A stretch of DNA of 64,000 bases from a virus (Duplodnaviria; Caudoviricetes), in IMG/VR virus record IMGVR_UViG_3300032212_000003, positions 1 through 64,000 of that record; one strand, 5' to 3'. Shown here one piece after another: positions 48,192 to 57,926 of the stretch. Both the position numbers and the translations under genes were made by a program. The notes beneath the pieces were generated by a model. That model did not search any database and was not told the origin of the DNA. It worked only from the letters and a program-made list of their open reading frames with translations. Position 1 is the stretch's first letter. Each line of letters starts with the position of its first letter.

Positions 48192-48528
48192 TATCTTTCT
48201 CCAGTTTGTTTACATGTTTATCAAGTACCATCCCCAAATGATGAACAATGCTATTGGCCACACGTCCGGTTCCGTCAGGTATTACATACTTACCATTAGG
48301 ATCAAAAGTTTCGGACATGTCCGAAATTATATCTTTTATGTTGGCCCCTAAACTTACCTGCCTTGAATAAGAAGTCATTAAAGAAGTCACCCATTGAAAC
48401 GAGTTCATCTCTTTACTATTTACGAAGAAAGCAGTGGGAATAGTTTCTCCCAAAATTGTAAAGTAAATAGTTTGCTCAGATTCTCCAGGAACTTTTAATT
48501 TGTAAGTGGCGCTGGGTATTGGACTCAT
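48175..48528 (-). CDS. TSCPD-like domain protein (NrdJ C-terminal-like)
   Basis: YKLKV...IYFTI...FFVNSK...IISDMSETFDP.G...SIVHHLG pattern. Confidence 0.5.
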   Translation of the reverse strand: MSPIPSATYKLKVPGESEQTIYFTILGETIPTAFFVNSKEMNSFQWVTSLMTSYSRQVSLGANIKDIISDMSETFDPNGKYVIPDGTGRVANSIVHHLGMVLDKHVNKLEKDNGEET

Positions 48529-48710
48529 ATTAACTCCTTATTATTGGCCCACCATTCACTTATGAATATACTGCTTATGTTTCCATTAGTTTCGCAATAA
48601 TCGTTGACTGCACTCTTTGGAATCCAAAACTCCTTGCTACCATCAGAAAATCTGTAGGCGTCTTTGGTTTGGTGTATAAACTCAACTGCTATTTCTATAT
48701 CTGCTGCCAT
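48525..48710 (-). CDS. hypothetical protein
   Basis: 61 aa with WIPKS...SEWWA motif of a common small phage family. Confidence 0.65.
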   Translation of the reverse strand: MAADIEIAVEFIHQTKDAYRFSDGSKEFWIPKSAVNDYCETNGNISSIFISEWWANNKELI

Positions 48711-48719
48711 AAGTTTCTC

Positions 48720-49025
48720 CTAAAGGTTATTAAAGTCTTCTAAACATTGTGGTAGATTACTAACAAACTCTACATTAAGAGCTTCAAGTGTATCAGTAAG
48801 TATGTCTCCAGATACTTTAGATACTCCTAACAAAGTGATATTTATAGCTATGGAATATTTTGCATTATAAGCATCTTGATAGTTTTTAAGTCTATTCAGT
48901 GTTTCACCTATAGGAAGGTTAGATGCAAACGAACTTGACTTAATAGTGGCCGGAAATTTTAGCACTTGCTCATCCGTCATATTTCTGCCAGGTCCAAGCC
49001 ACACACTACAGTTTAGTAATATCAT
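48720..49025 (-). CDS. hypothetical protein
   Basis: 101 aa. Confidence 0.55.
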   Translation of the reverse strand: MILLNCSVWLGPGRNMTDEQVLKFPATIKSSSFASNLPIGETLNRLKNYQDAYNAKYSIAINITLLGVSKVSGDILTDTLEALNVEFVSNLPQCLEDFNNL

Positions 49026-49039
49026 AATATTATCCTAAG

Positions 49040-50536
49040 TTAGGCTGCTTTCTTTCCTATTAAATCACGCAGCAATTCTTTATTGTCACGGTAAACTATA
49101 TTAGCTTCACCTTCTTTGTGTAACATCTGTTCCAGTATTCTAGTATAGCTGGTATCTATAGCATCCAAGAAATAAATATTAACCGGCTCATCCTGCCCTG
49201 CCCTGTAAACTCTGTCAGAACATTGTGTAACATCTCCCGGAACTCCTGTAGGTTCTACAAAAAATACATTACTGCATACTCTTTGAAAATCGAGGCCAGC
49301 CCCAGCAGATTTAGGGTGAGCTACAAGAACTCTACAACTATCATCGGTCTGGAACTTTAATTTCTCTTTGCTGGGATCTTTACAATATTTGCCTCCGTAA
49401 ATTATAGCTGGATTAAATCCTTTATAGTATTCAAATAGTTTCTCAATGGTGTCATTGAAATGTGCGAATATTATTAGTTTGTTTGTTACAGGATTTACTG
49501 TATCTACAACTTCATCAACCGCTGACATCCATAAGTTTACTATTTTCTTATCTTCAGTAAAATTCTCAGGGGTACTGACTATTTTCATTAACTTCATGCG
49601 AAGTGATGATTGATTTATCGCATCTATTATCTCATCTCCCATCTCAAGTACACGCTCCCTAACTAAAGTATCATATAACTTTTTATGTTTGGGATGTAAC
49701 CAAACTGGAATCCTTGACACCAGTTTTTCAGGCAAGTCTAGAACTTCAGATTTTAGAACTCTACGCGCTTGCAAATATAGTCCATGATATAAGTGCTCGT
49801 GGTTTTTATACGCTAGTATCTGCTCATACTTAACATTTTCATTAAATATGCAATGCAACATAGCGAAGTTATCCCAACTGGAGTATCTTCCCGGAGTTAT
49901 TAATCTTATTAACCCGTAAGCATCTCTCAAACCATTGTGAATAGGAGTACCTGTCATGGCTAAAAAATTTGACTCCTCCGTATCTCTTCCACCTATGAAA
50001 GAATTAACAGAGGCGTGTATTTTAGAGTCAGGATTTTTTAAAGCTTGAGCTTCATCTGCTATCAAAACTCTGTAATCAAATTTAAGATCTCTCCAGTGCT
50101 TTAAAAACATCTGATATGACATTAACAAAAGGTTTGGAAAACTATCAGTGGCTCTCCATTTAGCTAATAAATTAAATCTTTCTTTGGGAGTTTGATTGAA
50201 TCTAAGTATGTCTAAATGGTTTTCAGCTCCCTGAAGATTTGTCCCAAAACTTTCATAGTATTGGTTAACTAATATAGGAGGCATTATCCCTATTACTTTA
50301 TTTCCTAACCCATTTTGGTACGCTACATACGCCTGAGATATTAAAGTCTTACCGGTTCCTGTGTCATCATAAAGTCCAAACCTTTCCCAATAAACTGCCT
50401 GAGACAATCCTGTAACTTGATGATTGAATGGTACTAACGATGGGTCATCATTAATGTTTATTAATACATCGTCAGCCCACTCAGGAATGTCTCCTATGCC
50501 AGCTTCTTGTAGATATTTTTCAAGGGTCCAGCTCAT
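49040..50536 (-). CDS. SNF2-like SF2 helicase
   Basis: DDTGTGKT, IADEAQ, MTGTPI, SAGAGLDF and DRVYRAGQ motifs. Confidence 0.9.
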   Translation of the reverse strand: MSWTLEKYLQEAGIGDIPEWADDVLININDDPSLVPFNHQVTGLSQAVYWERFGLYDDTGTGKTLISQAYVAYQNGLGNKVIGIMPPILVNQYYESFGTNLQGAENHLDILRFNQTPKERFNLLAKWRATDSFPNLLLMSYQMFLKHWRDLKFDYRVLIADEAQALKNPDSKIHASVNSFIGGRDTEESNFLAMTGTPIHNGLRDAYGLIRLITPGRYSSWDNFAMLHCIFNENVKYEQILAYKNHEHLYHGLYLQARRVLKSEVLDLPEKLVSRIPVWLHPKHKKLYDTLVRERVLEMGDEIIDAINQSSLRMKLMKIVSTPENFTEDKKIVNLWMSAVDEVVDTVNPVTNKLIIFAHFNDTIEKLFEYYKGFNPAIIYGGKYCKDPSKEKLKFQTDDSCRVLVAHPKSAGAGLDFQRVCSNVFFVEPTGVPGDVTQCSDRVYRAGQDEPVNIYFLDAIDTSYTRILEQMLHKEGEANIVYRDNKELLRDLIGKKAA

Positions 50537-53346
50537 ACAATTTCAGCTTCGGAATGGAAATGACCTGTTTCCAATCCCTTCTCTGCCATGGCTTCCATAT
50601 CTAGAACCTCCATGTTTCTAATACTTGATACTACAGTTAGTTTTTTAGATTCTATAAAGTAGCCTTCTTGTTTTAGTAGTGTAGCAAATTGTGCATGATT
50701 GGATATAACCACCCTTTCTGAAAATGATCTTGCGTATCTTCTATACATGGCATGTGCCATTAAGGTGTCAACGTACAACTTACCTTCAGAAAGTATGTAT
50801 TGTTTTCCACTTACTAAATAGTTTCTTCCACTGCTTCCATCTTCCATTCCTGCCATAATATTAAACGCTTCCATAACCGCATCAACTTCAGTCTTTCCTT
50901 TGTCTCTACTAATATGTTGCTCATGTCCGGATAGGTGAGTCAATACAGCTTTTTTCAAATCTTCTATCTCGGTAGTTAAATCCAGTTTAAGTCCTTCCAT
51001 AACTTCCTGAAAAAAGTCCAGACCAGTTAAAACAACTCGGTAAGAGTAATTAGATCTGGCTTCTATCTTTTTAGGGATAACTTCCCTGTAGTCCTTCATT
51101 TTCTTACTGGACCAACTTGGTAATTTGTCCAAACTAGCCCAAACCATTGCACGAGAAGCCCTCCATAACTGCTTCCTATTTTCCAGAGTTATATAGAAAT
51201 AATCATCGCATCCTTCTCTAGATTTAGTTGACATACTTACCTGCACCATCCTTTGTTTAAGTGCCGGCATCTCTGGAGATTGCTCAGACATAACTGCCAG
51301 AGGGCCAGAGATTTTATAATCAATTACAGCGGCTCCTGACCTTCCTTTACCATCAGCCTTGGCTGCACTGGTAACCGACCCTCTGGAAAATGTTTGATTG
51401 TTCCAGGCGGCCTTCATTACTTCAGCAAAGTAGTTATAACTGGCCTCTTTTATTTTAGATTTATTAAACTCATCCAATAGTCTTGGAATGGTAGTAGAGG
51501 ACGCTGCAAAGTTTGCCACCGCCCAAGGTGTTGCACCTCCCAAAGATAGTGGAGAATCCTCCATTATATAATCACAACCTGAAAGGCATGCAAACAAACA
51601 AGCTGTTGTAGTCTTTCCAGATTCTGCATTTCCCCAAAGATTTAATATAGGGAATTGATTCTCTACACTTTGAAGGTGGACCTTTAGATGACATGCTGCA
51701 TACCAACCCAGTATCTGCCCAACTATGTGTGGCTGATTTACTTTAAGCAGCGCTTTTATAGTTTCTCTAAATTCTGGATTATCGGTGTCCGGAAATTCCT
51801 GAGACGAAATTCTAGGAGGTGCAGGTATTCTTCCATCCACATAATGAGTATCTCTTTCTTTTTGAGCTGTAACTGAAAAGCCTGGCTCAACATAAACCAA
51901 GGTTGATAACTTTCCTACTGGATGTCTATGAATACCGGCAGAGAAGACTTGTTGGATTTCTCCCATGTCAAACTCCTTTGTAAATAAATAATGTTTAAGT
52001 CTCTGAACTTCCTGATCTCCACCAAGAAACGCTAAATTGTGTATACCTCTAAGTTCTTTAATGAGTCCGCTTTTAGAGTCCCAAGCCCCTTCGTCTATCC
52101 TCACAGATACTATATCAATTCCGTTTACCACAACGCAGGCTTCTATTCCTACCCTGCGTGTAAGTTCTGTATCTTGTGCCTTGGTCGTGAAATAGTTTTC
52201 AGGTTTTAAAGTGTAGGTAGTTATCCTACGTGCTCCATCAGCTGTCTTAATATAATACCCATCAGATCTTTCAGTAATCCCGGCCAAGTTATCTTCGGCA
52301 ACATCTTGTATAAGAGATCCATCTTCACTTTGGCATATGGGGCAGCTTCCACAAGGTTCTATTACAGAAAACAAAGCCCCTCTTGAAAACTTCATACTTT
52401 TGGAGGATGCGGCGTATCGTATCATTCCTACTAAATGGTCTGAACGACTCTTCTCAGACTTGTAAGTACCCGAGGTTACATTTTTGGCCATAGAGTCAAC
52501 AAACGGCTGCCAAAAATTCCTGTGCATCTTTGACCTGGCTACAAATATACCAAACTGCATAGCCGCTTGATTGAAATTTGAGGTGCCTTCACTATCTCCT
52601 TCTTCTACTAATTTTTGAATGCATCCGGGCAGAGTCTCTGAGAACTGAGCCAATACTTCATCAGCTATTTCTGATTCTATGTTTTGTTTTTTCTGTTTCT
52701 GTTTGAATATAGTTCTTTTCTTACACAGCTCAAAAAGAACAGAAAGTTTAGGAGCTTGTTTACAAGGTGTTAGCTGTTCTATATTTCTTGAGTTTAATAT
52801 AATGTCTGCATAACTTTGTACAGTTAGGTTTTCTACTTCTTCAGGAAGAAGTCCAACTTTGTACATACCATTGTCAGACCTTCTTACGTTCTCTTGTCTC
52901 CAAAGTCTTCCTTTCTTTCCAGAGTAAACAACCATATCTATTCCATCTACAAACAATTCAAGTGCCATTTCTTTGTAGATGTAAGGAAGGTACCTTGTTG
53001 GTCTTCCCGAACTGAAAACTTTCTCAGGTATAATTATATGGAATCCTTTTTTACCTGAGGCCCAAACTAAAATATCCTGCCTATCAACTCCCTGATATTT
53101 AAGCTTTCCTAATAATTCGTAAAGGGCTTCTATGCTTTTATTTATTTCACCGTCAAAGTCTATATCGAAATACAGGCCTCCTTTGTAGGTTATTTTGTCC
53201 TGATCACTTTCTTCTGTAAATTCATCAGATATCCCCAATATGCTAACCATTGCACATTCTTTTTCTATCAGAGTTTTTAAAGCCTCTGGGGAATCTATTG
53301 TCATCTCCCAAGGAGATTTTTCTGTAATGCTGTAATACCTAAACAT
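50533..53346 (-). CDS. AEP-type primase fused to DUF927/SF3-like helicase
   Basis: LYFDID, SGKKGFH, CGSCPIC zinc site, Walker A GNAESGKTT, Walker B LLDE. Confidence 0.8.
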   Translation of the reverse strand: MFRYYSITEKSPWEMTIDSPEALKTLIEKECAMVSILGISDEFTEESDQDKITYKGGLYFDIDFDGEINKSIEALYELLGKLKYQGVDRQDILVWASGKKGFHIIIPEKVFSSGRPTRYLPYIYKEMALELFVDGIDMVVYSGKKGRLWRQENVRRSDNGMYKVGLLPEEVENLTVQSYADIILNSRNIEQLTPCKQAPKLSVLFELCKKRTIFKQKQKKQNIESEIADEVLAQFSETLPGCIQKLVEEGDSEGTSNFNQAAMQFGIFVARSKMHRNFWQPFVDSMAKNVTSGTYKSEKSRSDHLVGMIRYAASSKSMKFSRGALFSVIEPCGSCPICQSEDGSLIQDVAEDNLAGITERSDGYYIKTADGARRITTYTLKPENYFTTKAQDTELTRRVGIEACVVVNGIDIVSVRIDEGAWDSKSGLIKELRGIHNLAFLGGDQEVQRLKHYLFTKEFDMGEIQQVFSAGIHRHPVGKLSTLVYVEPGFSVTAQKERDTHYVDGRIPAPPRISSQEFPDTDNPEFRETIKALLKVNQPHIVGQILGWYAACHLKVHLQSVENQFPILNLWGNAESGKTTTACLFACLSGCDYIMEDSPLSLGGATPWAVANFAASSTTIPRLLDEFNKSKIKEASYNYFAEVMKAAWNNQTFSRGSVTSAAKADGKGRSGAAVIDYKISGPLAVMSEQSPEMPALKQRMVQVSMSTKSREGCDDYFYITLENRKQLWRASRAMVWASLDKLPSWSSKKMKDYREVIPKKIEARSNYSYRVVLTGLDFFQEVMEGLKLDLTTEIEDLKKAVLTHLSGHEQHISRDKGKTEVDAVMEAFNIMAGMEDGSSGRNYLVSGKQYILSEGKLYVDTLMAHAMYRRYARSFSERVVISNHAQFATLLKQEGYFIESKKLTVVSSIRNMEVLDMEAMAEKGLETGHFHSEAEIV

Positions 53347-53357
53347 TTACATGTCTC

Positions 53358-53744
53358 CTAACGAAACAAATTTTGGGCACCTGTCCCATACTTTTTCTTT
53401 AGCATACTTAAAGGATAAACTCTAAGATGCTCTGGAATTATTATTATAAACTCTGGAGATAAAGTAGGATTTTGTTTGTGTAGAGTTACCGGTATAGATA
53501 GTACTACCGAAATTTTACCTTCAGAATTACATAAATTCTCAAGTTCAACTTCTCCTATACTTCCCTCCACCATTCGACCTTCTGGAGTATTTATAGTCCA
53601 CCTTACGTTTCCATTCTTAAATTCAAATTCACTCAATGAAAATATAAATAACGGCTCGACTAATCCTTTGTTCTTATTGGGGTCCTTTATAACTACCATA
53701 GGAGCCTCATAAGGCAAAGTCATCTTGACTTTACGATCAATCAT
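53358..53744 (-). CDS. hypothetical protein
   Basis: 128 aa. Confidence 0.6.
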   Translation of the reverse strand: MIDRKVKMTLPYEAPMVVIKDPNKNKGLVEPLFIFSLSEFEFKNGNVRWTINTPEGRMVEGSIGEVELENLCNSEGKISVVLSIPVTLHKQNPTLSPEFIIIIPEHLRVYPLSMLKKKYGTGAQNLFR

Positions 53745-53755
53745 AAACGCTCCAA

Positions 53756-54064
53756 TTATTGGCTGTTACAGGGGGTGTCAGTAAGTTTCTTTAGTACTAC
53801 TTTATAAATACCTTTGGCGGGAGATTTTGCTTGAGTAGATTTGCAATTATAGTCTTGCTCTTTTTCAAGTCCTCTCCTTTTCATCATCTTTGTAAAATTA
53901 CTTATTACAGACCCTCTGTATTCAAATACTAAAATGTCGCCTATAGGTGCTTCATTGTAATGTTCAGCAAATTCCTCATAGTCAAACCCTTTTTCAGGGG
54001 CGTCCATAAAATCTTGAAGTGTTTCGTAATCTTTGTTATCTGGACTTATTGTTTCTATTGCCAT
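53756..54064 (-). CDS. hypothetical protein
   Basis: 102 aa, strong AGGAG RBS. Confidence 0.65.
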   Translation of the reverse strand: MAIETISPDNKDYETLQDFMDAPEKGFDYEEFAEHYNEAPIGDILVFEYRGSVISNFTKMMKRRGLEKEQDYNCKSTQAKSPAKGIYKVVLKKLTDTPCNSQ

Positions 54065-54089
54065 CAGTAATTCTCCTAAAATTGTTTAA

Positions 54090-54776
54090 TTATATAAAGC
54101 TTTCATAGATATCTTCATCAGCTATCATGGCTTCTTGCAGTGTTAAAATTTCCTGTGGCTCGCATCCCATAATTTCTGATGCTTCCTCAATGGATATCAA
54201 GTTGTCTTCGTATATAAACAACTTCTCTCCTCGCTTGCCTTTCATTTTATCTTTAATTCCTATGTCCACATTTCCAGGTTCGAACGGGTATTTAGCCATA
54301 AGTCTATAAGGCATCCAGTATCCGTTATCTTTTGTAGCTCCTAATTCCATGACATAAAAATAAAAGTTCTCATAAGCAGAGCCAAGGTCAAGGTCCGATC
54401 CAGATCCTCCCCATTCCTCACATACTCTATTTGAGTGGTAGACTATCATTCTTCTGAACTGGTCTTTTAAACATTCATCCATGTCAGTAAATACTAAATC
54501 TTCTTCTTTAGCTATTTCACACATGGGGCCGAGGCATCCTTTTCCTTTTTCGGCCCTATCTTTAACTTCCGCATATGTAAGTTCTACAGTTCCTCCGCAT
54601 TCACATTCACAATCATAGGTCACAAAACTGTCTACGTCAGAAAATTTAAGATCTTTTACAGTTAATTTTCCTATCAGAGTACCGATACTAAGAGATACAT
54701 TAGACTGCCTACCTTCCTTTCTGGCCTTCCTTGATTTATGTAGATTAACTATAAATTCTGTTAGTTCACAGTTCAC
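54090..54776 (-). CDS. degenerate HNH homing-endonuclease-like protein
   Basis: IGKLTV, CECECG, VCEEW, YENFY and FEPGN landmarks are present, but the IDRID/N catalytic motif is replaced. Confidence 0.55.
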   Translation of the reverse strand: MNCELTEFIVNLHKSRKARKEGRQSNVSLSIGTLIGKLTVKDLKFSDVDSFVTYDCECECGGTVELTYAEVKDRAEKGKGCLGPMCEIAKEEDLVFTDMDECLKDQFRRMIVYHSNRVCEEWGGSGSDLDLGSAYENFYFYVMELGATKDNGYWMPYRLMAKYPFEPGNVDIGIKDKMKGKRGEKLFIYEDNLISIEEASEIMGCEPQEILTLQEAMIADEDIYESFI

Positions 54777-55015
54777 TTTATACCTCTTACTTTTTTTATG
54801 TCAGCTGCACGAATTTCTGTAAGCAGTTGATTATCTATGACCTCTCTGGTATATCCTTTGCCGCAGCTTATAAGTTCATTTATAGCGCAAACTATATTAA
54901 AGTCCACTACTACAAACCTGTAGTACTCTTTGGCTACAGCCAATTCTTGGATGGTTACCAAGTTGTTGGTCTGGTGTTGAGTATTGCTATTTGTCGTAAC
55001 TACGGTCAATGCCAT
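54773..55015 (-). CDS. hypothetical protein
   Basis: 80 aa, GGAGG RBS. Confidence 0.55.
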   Translation of the reverse strand: MALTVVTTNSNTQHQTNNLVTIQELAVAKEYYRFVVVDFNIVCAINELISCGKGYTREVIDNQLLTEIRAADIKKVRGIK

Positions 55016-55064
55016 TCACTACCTCCTATTAAAATATAGCTATTATTTAGATCTGTCAATAAAA

Positions 55065-55433
55065 TTACCCTAATCCCTTTGGTATTATACTTCCCTCAGC
55101 CCTACGTTTTATGGATTCCTTGTCTCTTACAAATTTAGATAGGGCTAAAGTATTTTCACTAAGATACTCCAGAAGCTTTCCTATAGCCTCAGCCATTTCT
55201 GGCTCCGTGTCCTCTAATGCTACCTGATAAGTCAACATTATATTCCAATTCTTATCGTAGTCATGAGCCAATGACAGCCTAGATATGGCATCCAAAAGTG
55301 TCATATCTACGCCCATCGACTCACTATAAAATTTTGAAATAAGTTCAGTCTTCTTAAGCAGGTTCTTATATTTCTCTTTTACGTGGCTGGGACTCTCTAT
55401 CATTTTCGGCCTCCAAATCTTTAGCGTACTCAC
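55065..55433 (-). CDS. hypothetical protein
   Basis: 122 aa; start uncertain. Confidence 0.55.
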   Translation of the reverse strand: MSTLKIWRPKMIESPSHVKEKYKNLLKKTELISKFYSESMGVDMTLLDAISRLSLAHDYDKNWNIMLTYQVALEDTEPEMAEAIGKLLEYLSENTLALSKFVRDKESIKRRAEGSIIPKGLG

Positions 55434-55578
55434 AGTGGAAATTTTCAGCTACATCAGCAGGTAATTTTAAGATCTTCACCAGATCATTATGGGACATTCC
55501 TTTGTCCCGGTTGTGTGCATATGATACGTAGGTCAGCGTGTTTATTAAATTGCTGCCATCGGTACTGCCTTTTAACAT
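55366..55578 (-). CDS. hypothetical protein
   Basis: 70 aa, GAGGAGG RBS. Confidence 0.5.
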   Translation of the reverse strand: MLKGSTDGSNLINTLTYVSYAHNRDKGMSHNDLVKILKLPADVAENFHCEYAKDLEAENDRESQPRKREI

Positions 55579-56984
55579 ACTACCTCCTCACCATTGACAA
55601 CCTGGCTGATAATTTCAGCTATTAAATTTCCCATTCCCCGGGCACTATTCCATAATCCCGACTGGCCCAGTATCTGATGAGCTGTAGTGGCGCTGACGCC
55701 TTTAACGAAGCACTCAGGTACATCCTTGGCTCGGCAATGTTCTATCGGTGTCAGCAGGCGCTCCTTATCGTCCTGATGGCGTGTTACGAACGGCTCAGTG
55801 CTCCTGCGCTTATTGTAATGTCTGCCAATGGTACCGCAACGTTGCGAGTCTTCGGTCAGTAATTGACGATTGGCAAACCCCTTCCCCGCGGCTTTATCGG
55901 TTATGGCCTTGTCTTTCAGGTACTGGTTGTCAGCCCACATTTTATCATCATCACTGATGGGCTCAAGTAACTGCCCCAGTGTGTGATAGGTTTTATCATA
56001 GTCCTTTATGGAAAAATTTGAAGCCTGAGCAATATTGTCTATGCCTTTAGACACGGCCAAAAACCAGTATCGTTTTCGGCTTTCGAAGGACCCCGCCTGA
56101 ACACTATCCAGAATGTACTCATAAATGACATATCCGATACGTTGAAGCTCGGCCTTGATCAACGCATAGGTAGCACTGCTTTGGGCCTCTGGTACGTTCT
56201 CACTGCTGATTATGGAAGGATTTGAGGCCTTGATGGATGCCATCACTCCAAACACAGAGGTGGCGTCCGTGGGGTGATCCTCGGCTCGACTTATTTTATT
56301 TTTGGATTTACCGGCAACGCCCTGTCCGGTGCACGGTAAACTGAATTGAAACACATCCACCGGGGACAGAAGTTCAGGTTCCAACTCTTCCAGACTGGCT
56401 TCAAAGATGACGGTATCACCGGTGATGGCGGGATTGTTGTCCAAAGCAACCTGGAGGTAATTTCCTTCCCGGTCAATGATCCACTCAACGGAGGACTCAA
56501 CGCCGCCCTCATGCATGCCCTGTTTCATGGCTGCGGCAAATACAGCAGCACCTGAGCAGGCCGAACCCTCGGTTACTGACCCAGTTTTAGCATTCTTTTT
56601 TAGCCGGTCTTCCCGGTCGTTTAGTTTTACATCTTCGTGATGTACTTCAATCAGGATGGTAGATGGCTGATGGCCAATTGATTTACTGAAAGTAGCCTTG
56701 ACCCGAGTAGCTCCTTTAAATAATTTAGTAACTGTATCATTGCTAAAATCCAAAATAGGAATTTCTTTTTCTCCTCGTTTTCTACCGGCTACCTTACGAT
56801 CTCCTTTTTCATCTAAGGTGAGTACTATCATTTTGGTTTGGTAATTTACCAAAGTTCTGTACGATGCATAACGGACAAATCCAATGTCAGCTAATTTTTT
56901 ACCCTCTAGCCAAATTCTTTTATGTCCACGGTGGTCTCCCAGTTTTGAATAGGTAACCTGTGCTACTTCTTTTTCTTCTTTCAT
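55572..56984 (-). CDS. DNA (cytosine-5) methyltransferase with N-terminal AbrB/SymE-like domain
   Basis: Motif IV SLPCTG, VI ENVPE, VIII ESRKR, IX-X RLLTPIEH...ILGQ; motif I atypical (SACSGAA). Confidence 0.85.
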   Translation of the reverse strand: MKEEKEVAQVTYSKLGDHRGHKRIWLEGKKLADIGFVRYASYRTLVNYQTKMIVLTLDEKGDRKVAGRKRGEKEIPILDFSNDTVTKLFKGATRVKATFSKSIGHQPSTILIEVHHEDVKLNDREDRLKKNAKTGSVTEGSACSGAAVFAAAMKQGMHEGGVESSVEWIIDREGNYLQVALDNNPAITGDTVIFEASLEELEPELLSPVDVFQFSLPCTGQGVAGKSKNKISRAEDHPTDATSVFGVMASIKASNPSIISSENVPEAQSSATYALIKAELQRIGYVIYEYILDSVQAGSFESRKRYWFLAVSKGIDNIAQASNFSIKDYDKTYHTLGQLLEPISDDDKMWADNQYLKDKAITDKAAGKGFANRQLLTEDSQRCGTIGRHYNKRRSTEPFVTRHQDDKERLLTPIEHCRAKDVPECFVKGVSATTAHQILGQSGLWNSARGMGNLIAEIISQVVNGEEVVC

Positions 56985-57002
56985 GAAATTCTCCTAAAGT
57001 GT

Positions 57003-57018
57003 TTCGGACAAGTCCGAA
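57003..57018. promoter_or_regulatory. start-associated palindrome TTCGGAC-AA-GTCCGAA
   Basis: Perfect 7+7 inverted repeat 19 nt upstream of the MTase start. Confidence 0.75.
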
Positions 57019-57025
57019 AGTATTT

Positions 57026-57307
57026 TTAAGTTCTGTCTAAATAGTTTTCTCTTTTGTACTCGTACTCTTGCTGACTAAGTATCTCAGCTTTTTCTTTTTC
57101 AGAGTGGAATCCAAATAACTTGTAGTGAGTCGGCCCTATGGATCTAACAGGTTTTAAAGCTTTCAGTAATTCAAAGTAGTCCTCTCTTTTAACTCTTAAA
57201 ACTGACAATGCTGTAAGCTCGTCCCCCGATCTGAAATAGGTATGCATGACAACTTCCTTGTTGTCACTGTCTGCTATTACAGAGTCAACTTGGAGTCCTG
57301 ATAACAT
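57026..57307 (-). CDS. hypothetical protein
   Basis: 93 aa. Confidence 0.55.
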   Translation of the reverse strand: MLSGLQVDSVIADSDNKEVVMHTYFRSGDELTALSVLRVKREDYFELLKALKPVRSIGPTHYKLFGFHSEKEKAEILSQQEYEYKRENYLDRT

Positions 57308-57858
57308 AAGTCACCTGCCTTTCTTAAAGTTATGTCTTCTACCTTATCGTACAAGTCTGTAAGGCTGCCGTCATTTATTATGGTGTCAGATATAAATTCT
57401 TTACTTACACCGGACTCACTTACATGATATGACTTGCTTATTTTTTCATGTCCTGGCCTAATTATTTTTATAATTGTACCACCTGCCATAAGTATCATCT
57501 TAGCTTCGTTATCGAATCTAACATCAGTAAACACTACGCTCTTATTGGCAAGTCTTATACAGTTTCTAGCTCTTTTCTTAGCCAGCTTGGTCCAAATTTC
57601 ACTATCTACTACATCTCGGCCCCATTCAGTTCCTAGAGTTTGAAGAAGTTCTCTGTAGGTTAGCTCCAAATCAGGTGGACAGGTGCCTTTTCTTTTGCCT
57701 TCCTCTATCACCGATACAGGGACGTTCAACATTGCAGATAGTCCTTCGTATATAGGCTTAGCAAACTTTTCTATTTTGAATCTATATTTATGAAATAGTA
57801 TAGTTGCCGCTTCGTCTTTACCACAGCCGGCATCGCCGGTGAATCCAATTAGTTTCAT
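57277..57858 (-). CDS. deoxynucleoside monophosphate kinase
   Basis: GFTGDAGCGKD, RELLQTLGTEWGR, TDVRFDNE and HVSE motifs. Confidence 0.9.
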   Translation of the reverse strand: MKLIGFTGDAGCGKDEAATILFHKYRFKIEKFAKPIYEGLSAMLNVPVSVIEEGKRKGTCPPDLELTYRELLQTLGTEWGRDVVDSEIWTKLAKKRARNCIRLANKSVVFTDVRFDNEAKMILMAGGTIIKIIRPGHEKISKSYHVSESGVSKEFISDTIINDGSLTDLYDKVEDITLRKAGDLCYQDSKLTL

Positions 57859-57926
57859 CTTAGCTTTCCTGTTAATTTAAATTATAAGTTGTCTTTAAGT
57901 CTTTTGTACTAGTTTACTGTATCTTC

